Positions 60,627 to 64,000 of a DNA stretch of 64,000 bases are shown piece by piece. Made by a program: the position numbers and the translations under genes. Source of the stretch: Bdellovibrionales bacterium (GTDB lineage: Bacteria > Bdellovibrionota > Bdellovibrionia > Bdellovibrionales > UBA1609). Within the stretch, counting starts at the first letter, position 1. Each line of letters opens with the position of its first letter. The stretch covers positions 1 to 64,000 of the forward strand of contig JBFWVI010000009.1 of the NCBI GenBank assembly GCA_050246815.1, in the 5' to 3' direction. Below the pieces are notes generated by a model. That model had not been told where the DNA came from, did no database searches, and worked only from the letters and a program-made list of their open reading frames with translations.

Positions 60627-62447
60627 ATGGCAGAAACTAGTGGTGGGTCCAAAAAAAGCAAGGCCCAGATCGCGCGCGAGCAGGTGCTGGCGCAGCTGGA
60701 TGAGGCTGATAAAGAGGTCCCCGCCAATCCCGGATTGCTTCGTGCAACATCCGGCGGTGAAGAGTTCGCCGCATTGTTTGAAAAATCGTTGGGTGAGCGC
60801 GACTCCAAAGTGGGTGACATCGTCACCGGCCGGGTGGTCGAAGTTCAAAGCGATTACGTCTTAGTCGACATCAATTACAAAAGTGAAGGTTTGATCCCGA
60901 TTTCAGAATTTCGCGTGGTTGAAGGTCAGCGCATGATCGAAGTGGGTCAAGAGGTCGAAGTTTACATCGACCGTGTTGAAAACGAAAACGGCATGGTTGT
61001 TTTGTCGAAAGACAAAGCCGACATGATGCGCGCTTGGAACGATATTTCGCGCGCGGCTGAAAACGAAGAAGTGATCGAGGGCACGATCATCGCCAAGGTC
61101 AAAGGCGGTCTCAGCGTGGACATCGGCGTGAAAGCCTTCTTGCCGGGCAGCCAAATCGATCTGCGTCCGGTCCGCAACATGGATGCCTACATCGGCAAAC
61201 GTTTCAAATTTAAAGTGATCAAATTCAACAAAAAACGTGGCAACATCGTATTGTCTCGCCGTGCATTGCTGGAGCAAGAGCGCGAAACCCTTCGCACTCA
61301 AACTTTGGACGCGATGAAAGAGGGCTCTATCGTCAAAGGGATCGTCAAGAACATCACCGACTACGGTGCGTTCATCGACCTGGGCGGCATGGACGGTCTT
61401 TTGCACATTACCGACATGAGCTGGGGCCGAGTGAAACATCCTTCGGAAATCCTGCAAGTCGGCGACGAAATCGAAGTCAAAGTTTTGAAGTTCGACAACG
61501 AAAAAGAACGCGTCAGCCTGGGCTTGAAACAACTGAAAGCCGATCCTTGGGAACAAGTGGTCGCTGAGTTTAAAGTCGGTGCCAAAACCAAAGGCAAAGT
61601 GGTCTCGTTGGCTGACTACGGCGCGTTTATCGAATTGGCCGAAGGCATCGAAGGTTTGATCCACGTTTCCGAGATGAGCTGGACCAAACGCGTGAAGCAC
61701 CCTTCGCAACTGGTGAAAGCCGGTGACGAAGTGGACGTTCAAGTGCTTGAAATCGACATGGCCAACCGCCGCATCAGCCTTGGCATGAAGCAGCTGGAAG
61801 CCAACCCATGGGTGGAGCTGAAAGAAAGCTATGCACCGGGCACGATCATCGAAGGCGAAGTGAAGTCGGTCACCGATTTCGGCGTGTTTGTAGGTGTAGA
61901 AGACGGCATCGATGGTCTGGTTCACATTTCGGATTTCTCGTGGACCAAACGTATCAACCATCCCTCGGAAATGTTCAAAAAAGGCGACAAAGTTCGTTGC
62001 GTGGTTTTGGGCGTGGACATCGAAAACGAGCGTTTCAGCCTTGGCGTGAAACAGCTTGAGGGTGATCCGTGGTCGAATATCGACGAAAAATATCGCATTG
62101 GTAGCCAGCATGACGTGAAAGTCACCAAGACCGCCGACTTTGGCGTGTTCGTGGAGCTTGAGGCCGACATCGAGGGTTTGATCCACATCAGCGAGCTCAG
62201 CACCAAGCGTGTTGAAAAGCCCGAAGACGTGGTCCAAGTGGGCGAAACCGTGAAAGCGGAAGTCATCAGCATCGACAAAGACGCGCGCAAGATCGGCTTG
62301 AGCGCGAAACTGGTGAAGCTGCGTGAAACTCAAGGCGACGTTGAAGATTACGTCAAAAAGGCCACGGCCACTTCAAAAACCAGCCTTGGCGATCTGTTCG
62401 GTGACACGCTGAAAGCCTCCCTGGGCGAAGGCGATAAAAAGAACTAA
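60627..62447 (+). CDS. rpsA: 30S ribosomal protein S1
   Basis: Six S1 domains (YKSEGLIP, AFLPGSQID, YGAFIDLGGMDGLLHITDMSW, IEGLIHVSEMSW, IDGLVHISDFSW, IEGLIHISEL). GAGGAGG at 60608-60614 favours TTG 60621 or ATG 60627 over 60543. Confidence 0.97.
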   Translation: MAETSGGSKKSKAQIAREQVLAQLDEADKEVPANPGLLRATSGGEEFAALFEKSLGERDSKVGDIVTGRVVEVQSDYVLVDINYKSEGLIPISEFRVVEGQRMIEVGQEVEVYIDRVENENGMVVLSKDKADMMRAWNDISRAAENEEVIEGTIIAKVKGGLSVDIGVKAFLPGSQIDLRPVRNMDAYIGKRFKFKVIKFNKKRGNIVLSRRALLEQERETLRTQTLDAMKEGSIVKGIVKNITDYGAFIDLGGMDGLLHITDMSWGRVKHPSEILQVGDEIEVKVLKFDNEKERVSLGLKQLKADPWEQVVAEFKVGAKTKGKVVSLADYGAFIELAEGIEGLIHVSEMSWTKRVKHPSQLVKAGDEVDVQVLEIDMANRRISLGMKQLEANPWVELKESYAPGTIIEGEVKSVTDFGVFVGVEDGIDGLVHISDFSWTKRINHPSEMFKKGDKVRCVVLGVDIENERFSLGVKQLEGDPWSNIDEKYRIGSQHDVKVTKTADFGVFVELEADIEGLIHISELSTKRVEKPEDVVQVGETVKAEVISIDKDARKIGLSAKLVKLRETQGDVEDYVKKATATSKTSLGDLFGDTLKASLGEGDKKN

Positions 62448-62468
62448 TTGGTCCGAAGTTCCATATTG

Positions 62469-62539
62469 ACCCACTGAGTCTCATTGGGTGACTGCCTAAG
62501 CAGTCACCCAATATCTGGTCCAGTGGGTTTTTTGTTTTT
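62469..62539 (+). terminator. Extended nested hairpin with T tail after rpsA
   Basis: Inner 13-bp stem ATTGGGTGACTGC-CTAA-GCAGTCACCCAAT, outer 8-bp stem ACCCACTG/CAGTGGGT, then a T-rich tail. Confidence 0.7.
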
Positions 62540-62594
62540 GGCTTACGCCTGAGGGCTTGATAAAACTTCAGGGCTCACTTTGAAAGGGGCCCGC

Positions 62595-63518
62595 ATGCGT
62601 AAATTCTTAAGTACTTTCTTCACTGGCGTTGGCATTTTGGTGGTGGGTGGTTGCCTGCTTGGCATCGGCAGCATGTTCGCGGTGGTTCAACCCACGGAAT
62701 TGCGAATCAAAAAGAACAGCATTTTATTTTTAAAACTCGATGGCGTGATCATGGATGGCGAAAAGTTTTTAGAGAAACTGCGCCGCTATCGCAAAGAGGA
62801 CTCCATTAAAGGCGTATTGGTGCAGATCAATTCGCCCGGCGGGGCGGTGGGCCCCAGTCAAGAGATCTACGCCGAACTCAAGCGCACGCGGGAAGAGTTT
62901 AAGAAACCTGTCGTCGTTTCTTGTTTGAGTGTGGCCGCAAGTGGCGCCTATTATGCGGCCGCTGCAGCGGATAAGTTTATCACCACCCCGGGCTGCATGG
63001 TCGGCTCGATCGGCGTGATCATGGAGTTCGCCAATTTAGAAAAGCTTTTCGACTGGGCAAAGGTGAGCCGCTATTCGATCAAGACCGGTAAATTCAAAGA
63101 CACCGGTGCCGAATACCGTGGCATGACCGAAGAAGAGCGACAGCTGATGCAGGGTTTGGTCAACGATGTGTTGGTGCAATTCAAATCCGACATTGTGAAT
63201 GGCCGCAAGATGAAGCCAGAGGTGGTGGATTATTATGCTGATGGACGCGTGTTCACCGGCGCCATGGCGGTCAAGTATGGATTCGCCGATCAAACAGGAA
63301 CTTTAGACGACGCCAAAAAAGTGGTGGGTGAAATGGTGGGGCTTGGGGCCCACCCCGAGTTGTTTAAGCCGCGCAGTTGGTCACGAGATGATTGGCGCAT
63401 GTTTTTTGAAGAAGAGGAAAGCTCTTCGAAAATGCTACATCGTTTAATGGATGGCGCGGTGGGCCTGCAGATGCGCGGTCAGCCTTTGTTGATTTGGCCC
63501 GGGGCTTTGGGAATTTAG
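62595..63518 (+). CDS. sppA: Signal peptide peptidase SppA (S49, short form)
   Basis: INSPGGAVGPSQEIY, KPVVVS, AASGAYY, GSIGVI, KTGKFKD and DGRVFTG. Follows rpsA. ATG 62595 chosen as start. Confidence 0.93.
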   Translation: MRKFLSTFFTGVGILVVGGCLLGIGSMFAVVQPTELRIKKNSILFLKLDGVIMDGEKFLEKLRRYRKEDSIKGVLVQINSPGGAVGPSQEIYAELKRTREEFKKPVVVSCLSVAASGAYYAAAAADKFITTPGCMVGSIGVIMEFANLEKLFDWAKVSRYSIKTGKFKDTGAEYRGMTEEERQLMQGLVNDVLVQFKSDIVNGRKMKPEVVDYYADGRVFTGAMAVKYGFADQTGTLDDAKKVVGEMVGLGAHPELFKPRSWSRDDWRMFFEEEESSSKMLHRLMDGAVGLQMRGQPLLIWPGALGI

Positions 63519-63519
63519 T

Positions 63520-64000
63520 ATGGCAAAATCGGGTGCGAAGAAAAAAGCCAAGAAGCTCAAGGCGGGCACAAAGGGCAAAAGCGCCGGGCGGCGCACGGGT
63601 GTTGTCGCCCTTTCGCACGATATTTGGCCGCAAGAACGCGATGTGATGGCGCGCCCTGAACGTTACAAATATGTGCGTCAGCTGATCAAAACTGAAGGCT
63701 GTGTGTTTTGTTCGGCACTGAAGAAAGGTCTTGGGGCCGAAAGTCTGGTGCTTTATAAAAACGACAAGGCCATGGTGATGCTGAACAAATATCCATACAA
63801 CAGCGGCCATTTGTTGGTGTTGCCCACGCGTCATGTCGGTAATTTAATGGAACTGAAAGACGAAGAGTATTTGGAGGTCCAGCGTCAATTGCGTCGGGCC
63901 GCCAAGGCCGTGATAGACTGCTACCAGTGCACGGGTTTTAATTTGGGATTGAACCATGGCAAAGTGGCTGGTGCGGGAATCCCGGATCACTTGCATTGGC
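63520..64000 (+). CDS. HIT-family protein (FHIT/Ap4A phosphorylase-like), truncated by the window end
   Basis: Not in the ORF track because it has no stop. My translation from ATG 63520 gives GCVFC, MLNKYPYNSGHLLVLPTRH and GFNLGLNHGKVAGAGIPDHLHW. Confidence 0.9.
   Translation, partial: MAKSGAKKKAKKLKAGTKGKSAGRRTGVVALSHDIWPQERDVMARPERYKYVRQLIKTEGCVFCSALKKGLGAESLVLYKNDKAMVMLNKYPYNSGHLLVLPTRHVGNLMELKDEEYLEVQRQLRRAAKAVIDCYQCTGFNLGLNHGKVAGAGIPDHLHW

Noticed and set aside
60903..62333. 476-aa ORF antisense to rpsA
   Set aside because: It is the in-register mirror of a highly biased gene that avoids TTA/CTA/TCA codons. It has no recognisable motifs and is a typical shadow ORF.

Overview
Chromosomal window from a Bdellovibrionota-like bacterium. 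The assignment rests on the Bdellovibrio-type 16S 5' end and on gene content, judged by eye. Left to right: end of the type IV pilus operon (pilO end, pilP, pilQ); rarA flanked by two paralogous small exported proteins; a CheY-like regulator, a cupin and a hypothetical gene; and one rRNA operon with tRNA-Ala upstream of 16S and tRNA-Ile in the spacer. Next come a TolC-MacA-MacB exporter and an ~11-kb multiheme cytochrome locus. That locus holds an octaheme lipoprotein, a thioredoxin, a 30-heme cytochrome, a putative porin, ResB/CcsA system II maturation genes, a membrane-anchored ferredoxin-flavoreductase and a putative di-heme b membrane protein. Then follow a PQQ sugar dehydrogenase, an organophosphate MFS plus phnDCE, two tandem prolyl oligopeptidases, a 21-kb gene for a ~7,100-aa Calx-beta/FG-GAP lipoprotein with internal DNA duplications, and rpsA, sppA and a partial HIT gene. 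The best candidate for an undescribed system is the cytochrome locus, which reads as a self-contained NAD(P)H-to-cell-surface electron conduit in a lineage known for aerobic predators. Second is the giant modular adhesin, with near-identical spacers between three divergent propellers and a FliA-like promoter next to a recurrent GTCTCA-N3-TGAGAC palindrome. No CRISPR array, transposase or integrase was seen. All assignments come from motif recognition without database searches.
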